Below are positions 19,268-29,391 of a stretch of 64,000 bases of DNA, piece by piece (within the stretch, counting starts at the first letter, position 1; each line of letters begins with the position of its first letter). The notes below the pieces were generated by a model. That model was not told the origin of the DNA, ran no database searches, and saw nothing but the letters and a program-made list of their open reading frames with translations. Origin of the DNA: Spirochaetaceae bacterium (lineage in GTDB: Bacteria; Spirochaetota; Spirochaetia; DSM-2461); contig JAOPTT010000016.1 of assembly GCA_051531975.1 (NCBI GenBank), positions 128,221 to 192,220 of the forward strand, read 5' to 3'. The position numbers were made by a program, and so were the translations under genes.

Positions 19268-22200
19268 CTATGTTAATATTCCTCCAATTTTAAGAGATAA
19301 TTCAAGCTTCTTATATGGTTTTTGAATAAAACCTGAGACACCATCTTCAATTAGTTTTTCAATACTAATGTCTTTAGAAAAACCAGAACTAATTAAAACT
19401 TTAACGTCCGGATTAATCTCTTTTATTGCATAAAATACATCTCTACCATTCATATTTGGCATTACCATATCCAGAACAACTAGATCAATAGAAGAATATT
19501 TTTCATTATATATTTTAATACATTCTTCACCATCACTGGCATATATTACATTATATCCTAATTCTGTTATTAACTGACCAATTACTAACCTTACAATATT
19601 TTCATCATCAACTACTAAAATAGTACCATTACCATGATGTACATTAGGTTTAAAGTTTATATCTTTAATAATACTATTCTTTGGTATTATAGGTAATAAA
19701 ATTTTAAAAACAGAACCATGACCTAATTCACTAAATAAATGAATATGACCTCTATTTTCTTTTATTGTATTATAAACAATGGAAAGTCCTAAACCTGTGC
19801 CTTTACCCATGGTTTTAGTAGTATAAAAAGGTTCAAAGAGACGCTCTTGTACCTCTTTTGTCATACCACAACCATTATCTTCAACATCAATTTCTATGTA
19901 ACTACCTAGAGGTATTGTGGTGGTAGGACTAGGGTTTTTTCTATCAAAACAGACATTTGAAGTTTTAAATATTAGTTCTCCACCATTTGGCATCGCGTCT
20001 CTAGCATTTAAACTTAAATTTAAAAGAGAATTCTGAATAAGAGATTTATCCCCATTTATTAGAGAATTCTTTGCATTTAAGTCTGACTTAATCATAATTG
20101 ATTTATCTATACTCCTCTCTAACATCGAATGCATTGTCCTAATATATTCATGTATATCAAATATCTCATTTACTGACTTTCCTTTATGGGAGAAGGATAA
20201 TAATTTTTTAGTTAGTTCGGCAGCTTGCATTGATGTATCCATTATTAAATTGGTAAATTGAAGTAGCTCCTCATCTTGTGAAACTCTAGCTGATATTATT
20301 TCGGCACATCCCATTATACCTGTCAACATATTATTAAAATCATGGGCAACTCCACCAGCAAGCTGACCAATTGCTTCCATTTTTTGAGATTGCCTTAACT
20401 GATCTTCAATCTTTTTGTCTTCTGTTATGTCCGTCTTAATTGCTACATAATTGGTTATTTTATTTTTATCATTAAGAATAGGAGTTATAATTGTTTTTTC
20501 ACAAAACATTTCCCCATTTTTTTTCCGATTATAAAAAACCCCTTCCCAAGTTTTACCACTACTGATGGTATCCCACATCTCTTTATGAAATTCAGATGGG
20601 TGATAATCTGTCCTTAAGATGCTGACATTTTTACCTATATACTCATCTACGGAATATTTTGTTAGTTCTGTGAAAAATGGATTAGCATATTCTATTATTC
20701 CATGATTATCAGTAATTAAAATAGTTGCGTCAATTTTTTCAATTACTTTTTTAAATTTATTTAATGATTTTTCAGCCAAATTCTGCTCTGTTATATCCCT
20801 GGCATAAACATTTACATAATCTTCATTTTTAACTGGCATTAACGAAAACAGGTACAACTTATCAAAAATATCTTCTTCTACTGTTAACGTTTCCGAGTTA
20901 GAAATTACTAGTTTAATTATTTTAATCCATTTTTGGGGAACATTTCCCATAATATTTGTTTCCCAGGATTTAATAACACTGTTTGTGGCATTATTTGCAT
21001 ATAAAATCTTACCTTTAGTAGAAATTCTAAATACTGGATTTGGATTTTCTGAAGGGAACTTAGCTAGATAATCTCTCTCTATGGATAATAACTTTTCTTT
21101 AGTTATATCTTCAACTACAGCAATATAATAATAAGGCTCATTATTTTTATCTCTGACTAAACTACTTGTAAGGTTTACCCATATAATGTCTCCACTTTTT
21201 TTAATATATCGTTTTGTAAAAGTGTAAGTAGTGATTTCACCTTTTAATAGTTTATTCATATAAATTAAGTCATTTTCTAAGTCATCTGGGTGAGTCATTT
21301 CCTGAAATGTTATTAATTGTAGCTCTTCTAGAGTATACCCGACAATGTCACATAACTTTTGATTAACTTCCATCCATAATCCATCTATATTTAATTGAGC
21401 TACCCCAACAGTTGCTTGATCAAAAATAACTCTATATTTCTCTTCACTCTCTTTTAAATTTGATTTCATTTCCAAATCGTTAGTTTGTTCGGTAAATATT
21501 ATGGCAACTTTTTTATTTCCAGCTTTCCAAGCTTTAATAGAAAAATATTTATCAAGTTCTTTAGTATAATTTATATAATTTTCAGGAATTCCTGAAGATT
21601 CAACTTTCTCATATAAATCAATCCAATAGTCTTCAACAATACCAAATACTTCCTTTGCCTTTTTTCCAATGAGATCATCATTTTCTAATCCAACTAAGTT
21701 TTTAAAAGCTTTATTAACCTGAAGAAAATAATAATCTATAGCATTACCATTTTTATCATATATAAGTTCTATTAGCTGAAACATTGAATCCATAGAGTCA
21801 AAAAGTTGGGTTTGTTGTTCTTCATTTAAGTTATCTGATTTTATTAAAATATCATTTTTGGGTATCGTAGTTTTACGGTTTGTTTTATATTCTAGTGTTG
21901 TTAAAAACTTTTCTAAATCATTTTTGACTTCTAATGCTGTTTTATAGCGATGGTCTAAACTCTTCTCTAATAGTTTCATTATTATATCAGAGATTATTTT
22001 AGGAATCTTATGATTTATAATACTAGGCGGGGTAGGGACTTTATTTATATGAGAATTTATCAACTCTGATATTTCTAGTGTTGTAAATGGTAATCTACCT
22101 GTTAGTATCTCGTAGAGTGATACTCCTAATGAATATAGATCTGATGCAAATGTTAGTTTTATATTTGAATACCCTGTTTGTTCAGGTGATATGTAAGCTA

Positions 22201-22711
22201 AAGTTCCTTCTATATAAACATTTTTTTCTGGACTATTAAGACTTTCTGCGATTCCAAAATCAATGATTTTAACCTGGTTAGTCTTGGGATTCCAGATTAT
22301 ATTTGAAGGATTTATATTCTTATGAATGTATTTCGCACTATGTATATCTGTTAAACTATCTGTTATTTTTATTGCTAAAAATACAAAGTCTTCAAATGTT
22401 AAACTACTATATTTTACTAGTATATCCAGTGATTTCCCATGAATGTCTTCCTCAACTATCACCATGGATTGTTTTATCTTTTCAACTGATAAAATTTTAT
22501 TTATTCCAATGGAGTTTATATTGCATGTGATAGAATATTCCCTTTTTAATCTCTGAAGTTCTTGTGTGGTAGGATTTTTAGACTCAAGTACTTTTAGAAT
22601 AACCGACCTATTAGTTTGTTCTTCTATTGCTCTATATATTATTGAACTTGAACTTTCATAAAGAATAGTAATTAGGTCATATCCTATTATATATTGAATC
22701 AATTCATCCAT
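19268..22711 (-). CDS. Hybrid Ser/Thr-kinase-like domain + multi-PAS + histidine kinase + receiver
   Basis: Kinase motifs VILK, HKNINPSN, IIDFG, GTLAYISPEQTG, DLYSLG; PAS domains; H-box GVAHDFNN, NARDAM, GTGLGL; REC LVVLDMVMP. Confidence 0.92.
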   Translation of the reverse strand: MDELIQYIIGYDLITILYESSSSIIYRAIEEQTNRSVILKVLESKNPTTQELQRLKREYSITCNINSIGINKILSVEKIKQSMVIVEEDIHGKSLDILVKYSSLTFEDFVFLAIKITDSLTDIHSAKYIHKNINPSNIIWNPKTNQVKIIDFGIAESLNSPEKNVYIEGTLAYISPEQTGYSNIKLTFASDLYSLGVSLYEILTGRLPFTTLEISELINSHINKVPTPPSIINHKIPKIISDIIMKLLEKSLDHRYKTALEVKNDLEKFLTTLEYKTNRKTTIPKNDILIKSDNLNEEQQTQLFDSMDSMFQLIELIYDKNGNAIDYYFLQVNKAFKNLVGLENDDLIGKKAKEVFGIVEDYWIDLYEKVESSGIPENYINYTKELDKYFSIKAWKAGNKKVAIIFTEQTNDLEMKSNLKESEEKYRVIFDQATVGVAQLNIDGLWMEVNQKLCDIVGYTLEELQLITFQEMTHPDDLENDLIYMNKLLKGEITTYTFTKRYIKKSGDIIWVNLTSSLVRDKNNEPYYYIAVVEDITKEKLLSIERDYLAKFPSENPNPVFRISTKGKILYANNATNSVIKSWETNIMGNVPQKWIKIIKLVISNSETLTVEEDIFDKLYLFSLMPVKNEDYVNVYARDITEQNLAEKSLNKFKKVIEKIDATILITDNHGIIEYANPFFTELTKYSVDEYIGKNVSILRTDYHPSEFHKEMWDTISSGKTWEGVFYNRKKNGEMFCEKTIITPILNDKNKITNYVAIKTDITEDKKIEDQLRQSQKMEAIGQLAGGVAHDFNNMLTGIMGCAEIISARVSQDEELLQFTNLIMDTSMQAAELTKKLLSFSHKGKSVNEIFDIHEYIRTMHSMLERSIDKSIMIKSDLNAKNSLINGDKSLIQNSLLNLSLNARDAMPNGGELIFKTSNVCFDRKNPSPTTTIPLGSYIEIDVEDNGCGMTKEVQERLFEPFYTTKTMGKGTGLGLSIVYNTIKENRGHIHLFSELGHGSVFKILLPIIPKNSIIKDINFKPNVHHGNGTILVVDDENIVRLVIGQLITELGYNVIYASDGEECIKIYNEKYSSIDLVVLDMVMPNMNGRDVFYAIKEINPDVKVLISSGFSKDISIEKLIEDGVSGFIQKPYKKLELSLKIGGILT

Positions 22712-22828
22712 AAATTAAACATAGGTTATGCAGTGTTATTGTCAACGAATTTAACAGAATTTTTGGTGTATTATATAAATAAAACTATTAAGTTTGTAAT
22801 TTATGTATTAAAAAACTATATTTTTAAT

Positions 22829-23173
22829 ATGAAGAAAATTTTACTTATTGATGATGATATAATCATCTTAAAAACTTATGAACATATATTTAAAAATTTA
22901 AATTATCAGTTAACGGCAATAAGTGATAGTAAAAAAGGTTTAGAGATTGCTATAAATGAAGATTTCGATGTTATTCTTACAGATAATAAAATGCCTAACC
23001 TTACTGGTATAGAATTAATATTGGAGTTAAAAAAAGTAAAAAAAGATGTTAATATTTATTTATTAACAGGATTTATCGAAAAAGATCAATTAAAATTACT
23101 GAAGTCTATAGGAGTTACAGGAATAATAGAAAAACCTTTTAGTTCTTCTCAGATAATATCTCTTTTAGAATAA
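22829..23173 (+). CDS. Single-domain response regulator (CheY-like)
   Basis: MKKILLIDDD, ILTDNKMP, LTG, EKPF; true start 22829 rather than 22694. Confidence 0.88.
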   Translation: MKKILLIDDDIIILKTYEHIFKNLNYQLTAISDSKKGLEIAINEDFDVILTDNKMPNLTGIELILELKKVKKDVNIYLLTGFIEKDQLKLLKSIGVTGIIEKPFSSSQIISLLE

Positions 23174-23198
23174 TGTAATAACATCACTTATGATCCTA

Positions 23199-24314
23199 TT
23201 AGTTATTATTAAATCTTAATATAAATATATTACTTTTATTAGTTAATCCTTTAAGTTTTACCTTTTTCTTTTTTAATGAAATTGATCTTTCTAACAACAG
23301 TTGTTCTATACCAGAATCTTTGGAAACTTTCTCTGAAATTAGAATCTGGTTATTTTTAGCTTCATTCTGTATTCTTGCAGCAATATTAATAGTTTGACCA
23401 AAATAATCGATACGTTTATTTAATGTAACCATTATTGTAGAGCCCATATGGATTCCCATTTTAACTAGAATCTCCCTCTCACTATCTAACTTTGTATCAA
23501 ACTCTTTAAATCTTTCTCGTATCTCAATAGCAGCTAAAGTTGAATCAGTTGGTTTTTTGAAGGATGCCATTACAGCGTCACCAATAGTTTTTATTACAAT
23601 ACCATTATATTTTGCTATTATATCAAAAAGTATATGGAAGTGCTCTCTAATTAGACGGTATGCTGTAGCATCTCCAACTCTTTCGTATAGAGCTGTGGAA
23701 CCTTTAATATCAGTAAATAGTATTGAGATGTTTTTAATTTTTAGAGACTGATCAAAAGGCAGGTTGTCATCGTCGAATAACTCCTTAAATGATTCTATAT
23801 GTATACAATCAATTCCAGATACAAATGTCTGACTTCTAAGATATTTAGCTAGTTCTAGTTTCTTTTCTAATGGTGCATTAATTGCATCATTCATTATTTT
23901 TTTGTTATTTTCGAAGAATTCAGTAGGAAAATCTACATATGCCTCTGATGGTGTAAAACATATACCTATATTTTGGTCTAAAGTATTACTAAAAGTAATA
24001 CTACACATCTGACAGTTTGATTCATGGGTTACATCTGCTAACAGTTTGTGGGCTTCAGGCACTCCATTACATGATGGGCAGTGATATTGCCAATTAATAT
24101 CAACTAACTCGTTATGAGCCATTTCTATAAAACATTCTAACATTTTTCTTCTATCAATATTTAAAGTATCTGCTAAATTATGAACATTTATCTGATAAAT
24201 ATCTGATAGAGTTGCTGACTCCCCCCATGTTTTTAATTTTATATATTCTTCAGAGGTTAATAATAATTTATCTTTGATCTCATCAGTTTTGGTAAAAAAA
24301 ATATTTAATAACAA
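23199..24314 (-). CDS. Cytoplasmic adenylate cyclase with N-terminal zinc-ribbon (DUF5939-like) domain
   Basis: CPSC...CQMC; FTDIKGST, KTIGDAVMA, DYFGQTINIAAR; TTG start with SD AAGGTGG. Confidence 0.85.
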   Translation of the reverse strand: MLLNIFFTKTDEIKDKLLLTSEEYIKLKTWGESATLSDIYQINVHNLADTLNIDRRKMLECFIEMAHNELVDINWQYHCPSCNGVPEAHKLLADVTHESNCQMCSITFSNTLDQNIGICFTPSEAYVDFPTEFFENNKKIMNDAINAPLEKKLELAKYLRSQTFVSGIDCIHIESFKELFDDDNLPFDQSLKIKNISILFTDIKGSTALYERVGDATAYRLIREHFHILFDIIAKYNGIVIKTIGDAVMASFKKPTDSTLAAIEIRERFKEFDTKLDSEREILVKMGIHMGSTIMVTLNKRIDYFGQTINIAARIQNEAKNNQILISEKVSKDSGIEQLLLERSISLKKKKVKLKGLTNKSNIFILRFNNN

Positions 24315-24699
24315 TTTGTACCACCTTTTTACATATGTAAAATATTTTAACTTTAAGTTACAATAAACGCTACATAAAATTTATAATATTCCTTAGTTAA
24401 GATAATAGTTAGTAAATGCATTTATCACAGCTTTACAATAATCTACAATAATAAAGCTTTAATAGCATATATACAGTTCAAGTATGTTAATTGTGATCCA
24501 AGAATAAAGTTTAAAAAAATGGTAAATATATATATTATATACAGATTAAAGAAGATAACAGATGAAGCAAGATATCGTTATTTGATTTTTAGAATAGATT
24601 CTTTAGATAACTGTTGAATATTAAAAACTAAATATTGACATTTACTGTAACAATACTTATTTTCTATTACTACGAATAATAATAGTTCTTGGAGAATAA

Positions 24700-25530
24700 A
24701 TGATAAAAATTGATGAAACAAAATGTACACAGTGTGAGCTTTGTGTACAATCCTGTACTACAGGTGCAATACAACCATTAGATTATAGTGTTACTATGTC
24801 AAAATGCATGGGGTGTTCACACTGTATGTCAGTATGTCCTACGGATGCTGTCACCCAATTTGGTGAAACTGGTGAGTATATTTCAGACCATAATATATCT
24901 CCAGAAAACTTTGAAAACCTAGTATATGCTAGAAAATCCATTCGGAATTATAGCAATAAAGTAATTGAAAAAGAGACACTAGATCAGTTTTTAACTTTAT
25001 TACAATATGCACCAACAGGAACTAACTCTCAACAAACTTATGTAACAGTGCTTACTGATGAAAAAAAGATTGAAAAATTTGCATTTGAGATGATTAGCTT
25101 TTTTAAGAAGTTAGTTAAAATTATATTTAACCCAGTAACATATATATTTATGTTACTTTTTAGTGGTAAAGAGAAAACTGAAAAGATGTTCTCATATAAA
25201 CGAATGTTAAGCGGGGCATCAGGAAATGATGACTTTTTAACATATAAAGCGCCATTAGTTGTAATTTTTCATGCATCCCCAGATGCTTCAACCCCTGAAA
25301 TGGACTGTAATATTCAGGCCTCATACGCTAGTTTACACGCTGTAACCCTCGGACTTGGAACATGTTTTAATGGTTTTATTACAATTGGTCTTAAAGCAAA
25401 TAAAAAACTTAAAAAAGAACTTGGAATTCCTAAAGATCATAAGGTATATAGTTCTCTCTTAGTTGGTTATCCAAAGTTAGATTATAAGAAAAGAGTAATC
25501 AGAGAAGAATTAAAAGTTAATATGGTTTAA
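24700..25530 (+). CDS. Nitroreductase family protein with N-terminal 2x[4Fe-4S] ferredoxin domain
   Basis: CTQCELCVQSC and CMGCSHCMSVCP; RKSIRNY, APTGTNSQ, LGLGTCFNG. Confidence 0.9.
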   Translation: MIKIDETKCTQCELCVQSCTTGAIQPLDYSVTMSKCMGCSHCMSVCPTDAVTQFGETGEYISDHNISPENFENLVYARKSIRNYSNKVIEKETLDQFLTLLQYAPTGTNSQQTYVTVLTDEKKIEKFAFEMISFFKKLVKIIFNPVTYIFMLLFSGKEKTEKMFSYKRMLSGASGNDDFLTYKAPLVVIFHASPDASTPEMDCNIQASYASLHAVTLGLGTCFNGFITIGLKANKKLKKELGIPKDHKVYSSLLVGYPKLDYKKRVIREELKVNMV

Positions 25531-25565
25531 TCACAAATGATTAGTTTTAAATCTGATGATTAACA

Positions 25566-26255
25566 TTAATCACCAACTCCAAAATCTGTATTAACCCATA
25601 ATACATCACATTTTGGTTCTAATTCTAACCACTTATACTCATCCTGGAACCATTGTATTAGTTCTGGGTCGGGTTTAATCATTGTTGAGTTGGCTATATA
25701 AATATTAACAGTAAAATGTTCAAAATTATCCATAGCAAGTTGAATATCACTTTTTATCATCTCTTTAGTCTGTCCTAAAACACCTGGCATCAGACATACG
25801 GAGTCGAAGTAGCTTTTTAATTCTGCAATTGAATTGTGTTTAAAACCTTTAACTAAAACGTTTTCTCTAAAATCTGTATCAAAGGTTTCAAGCCCTGTTT
25901 TTATTATTGTTTTTACTCCAAAGAAGTCTCTAATGGATTTTATTCTGTTTTTGTACATCCAGTGAGACTCAAGAAAAATAGTATGTATATTCTTTTCATC
26001 AATAATTTTTTTGATTAAACCTAGAGTAGCTTCCGGTAGTTCAAAGATATTACCTGAGTTAATGACCTCTAAAACTCCAAATTCTCCGGTAATACTGCTT
26101 AAAACAGAGGTATTTAATATATGGTTCGATTCTTGGTCTACAGAGTTATCAGTTATATAATCGCAAAAGGTACACTTTCCCCATTTACATGGACTGCCTT
26201 TTAAAAGCACAATTTCCCTTTTAGTTTTATTCGTTATCTTACTATATCTATTCAT
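25566..26255 (-). CDS. queL: Short radical SAM protein, queuine lyase QueL-like
   Basis: Atypical CX4CX2C motif (C23-C28-C31); REIVLLK, EVINSG, ESHW, GLETFD, NTDFGVG resemble clostridial QueL as I recall it; divergent from yhhQ and a preQ1 riboswitch. Confidence 0.75.
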   Translation of the reverse strand: MNRYSKITNKTKREIVLLKGSPCKWGKCTFCDYITDNSVDQESNHILNTSVLSSITGEFGVLEVINSGNIFELPEATLGLIKKIIDEKNIHTIFLESHWMYKNRIKSIRDFFGVKTIIKTGLETFDTDFRENVLVKGFKHNSIAELKSYFDSVCLMPGVLGQTKEMIKSDIQLAMDNFEHFTVNIYIANSTMIKPDPELIQWFQDEYKWLELEPKCDVLWVNTDFGVGD

Positions 26256-26258
26256 CTA

Positions 26259-26291
26259 TTGCATTTTATCGTAATTATCTATACATTACAA
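26259..26291. promoter_or_regulatory. Overlapping divergent sigma70 promoters for queL-like (-) and yhhQ (+)
   Basis: Plus strand TTGCAT(26259)-17-TACATT(26282); minus strand TTGTAA(26291)-17-TAAAAT(26268-26263). Confidence 0.55.
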
Positions 26292-26312
26292 ATCGCTGAA
26301 AAACTTATCAGA

Positions 26313-26349
26313 CGCAGTTCGTAACCATCCTGCGAAACAAAACTAGGAG
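26313..26349 (+). ncRNA. preQ1-I riboswitch (type I-like)
   Basis: P1 CGCAG/CTGCG, loop TTCGTAACCATC, A-rich tail AAACAAAACTAG running into SD AGGAG; directly upstream of yhhQ. Confidence 0.92.
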
Positions 26350-26355
26350 TCAATA

Positions 26356-27072
26356 ATGGATAATTTATTAATTTTTTTAATCTTTGCACTGTTTAACTTT
26401 GCATTGATAGCAGTAGCTTACCGTTTTTATGGTAAAAATGGTCTATTAGGGTATATTATATTAAGTGTAATTGCCGCTAATCTACAAGTAAACAAAGGTG
26501 TTATCTTCAATTTTGGTCTTTTTGAATTAGAAGCAACACTAGGGAATATCATGTTCGCTGGTATCTTTTTAGCAACCGATCTACTAAACGAGAAGTATGG
26601 ATTAAAAGCAGCAAGAAATGCAGTTGTTATTTCAATTTTTGCTAACGTATCTTTTGTTTTAATTATGTTTATTTCAACACTTTTTAAAGGTTTAGAGTAT
26701 AGTCATGATTTTAACGAAGCATTAAAACTCTTTTTCTCTATAAATGGAGGAACTTTTAAGGCTGTCTTAGTTGGGAATATTGTTTATTTTATCAGTCAAA
26801 GTTTAGATGTATATATTTATGCAAGGATAAAATCATGGAATAGTTCAACTAAAACTTTGTGGATCCGAAACAATGGTTCAACATTTATATCCCAGTTTGT
26901 AGATTCTGTATTAGTTACTATAGGTTTTGCTTTAGTTGGTATCTTTCCAATGGAGATAGTCATTTCAATAGTTACTACAACACTGATTGTAAAATATATT
27001 GCAGCTATTATCGATACACCATTTTTATATTTAATGAATCTTATAAAACCAGTAGACAAATCCAACATATAA
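26356..27072 (+). CDS. yhhQ: Queuosine precursor transporter (YhhQ/VUT family)
   Basis: ANLQVNK, LGNIMFAGIFLATDLLNEKYG, SQSLDV, LWIRNNGSTFISQFVDS, DTPFLY. Confidence 0.92.
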   Translation: MDNLLIFLIFALFNFALIAVAYRFYGKNGLLGYIILSVIAANLQVNKGVIFNFGLFELEATLGNIMFAGIFLATDLLNEKYGLKAARNAVVISIFANVSFVLIMFISTLFKGLEYSHDFNEALKLFFSINGGTFKAVLVGNIVYFISQSLDVYIYARIKSWNSSTKTLWIRNNGSTFISQFVDSVLVTIGFALVGIFPMEIVISIVTTTLIVKYIAAIIDTPFLYLMNLIKPVDKSNI

Positions 27073-27074
27073 TA

Positions 27075-27107
27075 AAATAGACTTATACTAAAACTATGAG
27101 TCTATTT
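27075..27107 (+). terminator. Putative intrinsic terminator after yhhQ
   Basis: AAATAGACTTATA-loop-TATGAGTCTATTT followed by a T-rich tract. Confidence 0.6.
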
Positions 27108-27127
27108 ATTAATTTTGTATTAATAAA

Positions 27128-27156
27128 TTGCTTAACTCCCCGCCTTGAACTAGAAT
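27128..27156 (+). promoter_or_regulatory. Putative sigma70 promoter of the MCP gene
   Basis: TTGCTT-17 nt-TAGAAT. Confidence 0.5.
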
Positions 27157-27175
27157 TTAATAATAGGAGTAAGCT

Positions 27176-29041
27176 ATGACTTTAAAAAAATTATTTAAGT
27201 TTGGAATTGGTGGTTTAATCTTTCTATCCATAAGTTATGTCGTTTTAAGTGGTGCAAATATGCGAATTACCAAAGGTGTAAATGATAAACTCTCTGAGAG
27301 ATTTTTAGCCTTTAGTATTGCTGATGAGTTTCGACATACATCTATGGATCTTACTAGATTTGCAAGAACATATGCAGCTACTGGTTTACAAAAATATTCA
27401 GATGATTATTGGGCTATAGTAAATTGGAGAGGTGGTAAAGCTCCTAGACCCTCAACAGTTCATAAAGAACTTATGCCTAATGAAACAATCCCTCAAAGTG
27501 AAATAATGAAGCAGATTGGATTTACAGATGGTGAATTTAAAATGCTTGAAGATATTGGAAAGATGTCTAACGACCTTATTAATTTAGAAGACCAGGCAAT
27601 GAAAAGTATTAACAAAAAAAAATATGTTGCTGGGCCTGAAAAAATCCTTCCTGGGGAAGAATATAACGAATTTGCAGTTAGAATATTATATAGTGATCTA
27701 TACCATGTGGAAGTTTACAAAATTTGGGGTACTGTTAATGAGTTTGTTGCAATTTTAGATGAACGTATTAATGGAGAAATCCAAGTCTTAAAAATAACTG
27801 GTGGAATATTATCAGTATTAACTTATATCATTTTAGTTATAATTATTTTTGCTGTAGTTTATATAATTAACTATATTCTAAAAAAACTTCTAGGTGGAGA
27901 ACCTGAAGAAATAATGAATATTGTTACTAAAGTATCAACTGGTAATTTGGATATAGCATTTGATAAATTAACTGCATTAGGGATATACGGAAGTATGAAA
28001 AATATGTGTATCAAACTAAAAAATGTTATATCTGAAACAAAAAATAGCTCCGAGGAATTAGAAGAAATAGGAGAATCTTTATCAGCAAATGCTGAGGAAT
28101 CAAGTGCATCGTTAGCGCAAGTAACTACTAACTTAAGTTCTATTAACGGTCATTTTCAGGAACAATACAGTAGTGTTGAGAGTGTAACATCTGCAATAAC
28201 TGAGATAACAAGTAATATTGAGTCCCTAAATGAATCAATAAACAAACAAAACTCCCAGATAAATGAATCATCAGAATCAATAGAAGGAATGGTAAAATCT
28301 ATTGAGGATGTATCTTCAAATATGGATGAGGTTCATAACTCTATGGGAGATTTAACAGCTGCAAGTGTTACTGGTCAAAAGAATATTGATACTAGTTCAA
28401 ACCAAATTAATACCGTATCTGAAGAATCAAAAAAACTAATGTTAACAAATCAGGTAATTAGCTCAATAGCAAGTCAAACAAACTTATTAGCTATGAATGC
28501 TGCAATAGAGGCAGCCCATGCGGGAGAAACCGGTAAAGGTTTTAGTGTTGTTGCAGATGAAATTAGAAAATTAGCAGAATCAACAACACAACAGAGTCAT
28601 GAAGTTGCTAGCATATTAAAACAGATGGATTTTCTAATTTCAGAAATTGTGAATAGTTCAGACGACACCGTTCAAAGTTTCAAAGTAATTCAGAGTTTGA
28701 TTAAAACTGTTAGCGAAAGGGATGATGAAGTCCGTGATGCTATGAGTATTCAGAGAAAGGAATCTAGACAGGTTTTAGAATCACTTGGAACTATGAGTCA
28801 AATAACCCAAACTGTATTAGGTGGAGCCAATGAGATTAAAATTGGTAGTAACCTTGTATTAGATGAAGTACTTAATTTAAAAGAGATAACAGCCAAGAGT
28901 AGTTCTAGTATTTCTGATATAACCACTAGCACCGAAGAGATTAATATGGCAGTAGAAAATGTAACTGAAATGAGCCTAAGAAACAGAGAGATGGTAAAAA
29001 AAATAGCAGAAGAGATGGAGTATTTTACTTTAGATTCATAA
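27176..29041 (+). CDS. Methyl-accepting chemotaxis protein
   Basis: Two TM helices; signalling tip [38 protein letters not shown]. Confidence 0.95.
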   Translation: MTLKKLFKFGIGGLIFLSISYVVLSGANMRITKGVNDKLSERFLAFSIADEFRHTSMDLTRFARTYAATGLQKYSDDYWAIVNWRGGKAPRPSTVHKELMPNETIPQSEIMKQIGFTDGEFKMLEDIGKMSNDLINLEDQAMKSINKKKYVAGPEKILPGEEYNEFAVRILYSDLYHVEVYKIWGTVNEFVAILDERINGEIQVLKITGGILSVLTYIILVIIIFAVVYIINYILKKLLGGEPEEIMNIVTKVSTGNLDIAFDKLTALGIYGSMKNMCIKLKNVISETKNSSEELEEIGESLSANAEESSASLAQVTTNLSSINGHFQEQYSSVESVTSAITEITSNIESLNESINKQNSQINESSESIEGMVKSIEDVSSNMDEVHNSMGDLTAASVTGQKNIDTSSNQINTVSEESKKLMLTNQVISSIASQTNLLAMNAAIEAAHAGETGKGFSVVADEIRKLAESTTQQSHEVASILKQMDFLISEIVNSSDDTVQSFKVIQSLIKTVSERDDEVRDAMSIQRKESRQVLESLGTMSQITQTVLGGANEIKIGSNLVLDEVLNLKEITAKSSSSISDITTSTEEINMAVENVTEMSLRNREMVKKIAEEMEYFTLDS

Positions 29042-29390
29042 AATGTGGTATATATATTAAACATCCCAAAATTGCTGATATTATAACTGCTAACAGTACA
29101 GCCCCAGCACTTATATCTAGTAGCTTTTCAGCGAGTTCATGATATTCATCGGTGAACATTTTAACTATGTACTCTATAGCAGTATTAAATAACTCAGCAA
29201 CTAAAACTTGACCAATTGAGATAATAATAACAATCCACTCAAAACTACTAAAATTAAGAATAAACCCTGAAATTATGATAGGTATTGAGACTGCAAAATG
29301 AACTTTAAAACTGTTATCAGATGTAAATGCTATGTATAGCCCTTTAAAGGCATAAGTGAATTTATTTTTTATTCTTTTAATTGCCGACAT
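29025..29390 (-). CDS. dgkA: Diacylglycerol/undecaprenol kinase (DgkA family)
   Basis: [26 protein letters not shown]; three TM helices. Confidence 0.88.
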   Translation of the reverse strand: MSAIKRIKNKFTYAFKGLYIAFTSDNSFKVHFAVSIPIIISGFILNFSSFEWIVIIISIGQVLVAELFNTAIEYIVKMFTDEYHELAEKLLDISAGAVLLAVIISAILGCLIYIPHFMNLK

Positions 29391-29391
29391 A

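Noticed and set aside
22694..22828. N-terminal extension of the response regulator
   Set aside because: It overlaps the divergent kinase start and the promoter region; the REC domain begins at 22829.
24519..24617. 32-codon ORF in the long intergenic region
   Set aside because: No SD and no recognisable motif; expected by chance.
29025..29041. Convergent 17-bp overlap of the MCP and dgkA genes as antisense regulation
   Set aside because: Short tail-to-tail overlaps are common in compact genomes and there is no further evidence.
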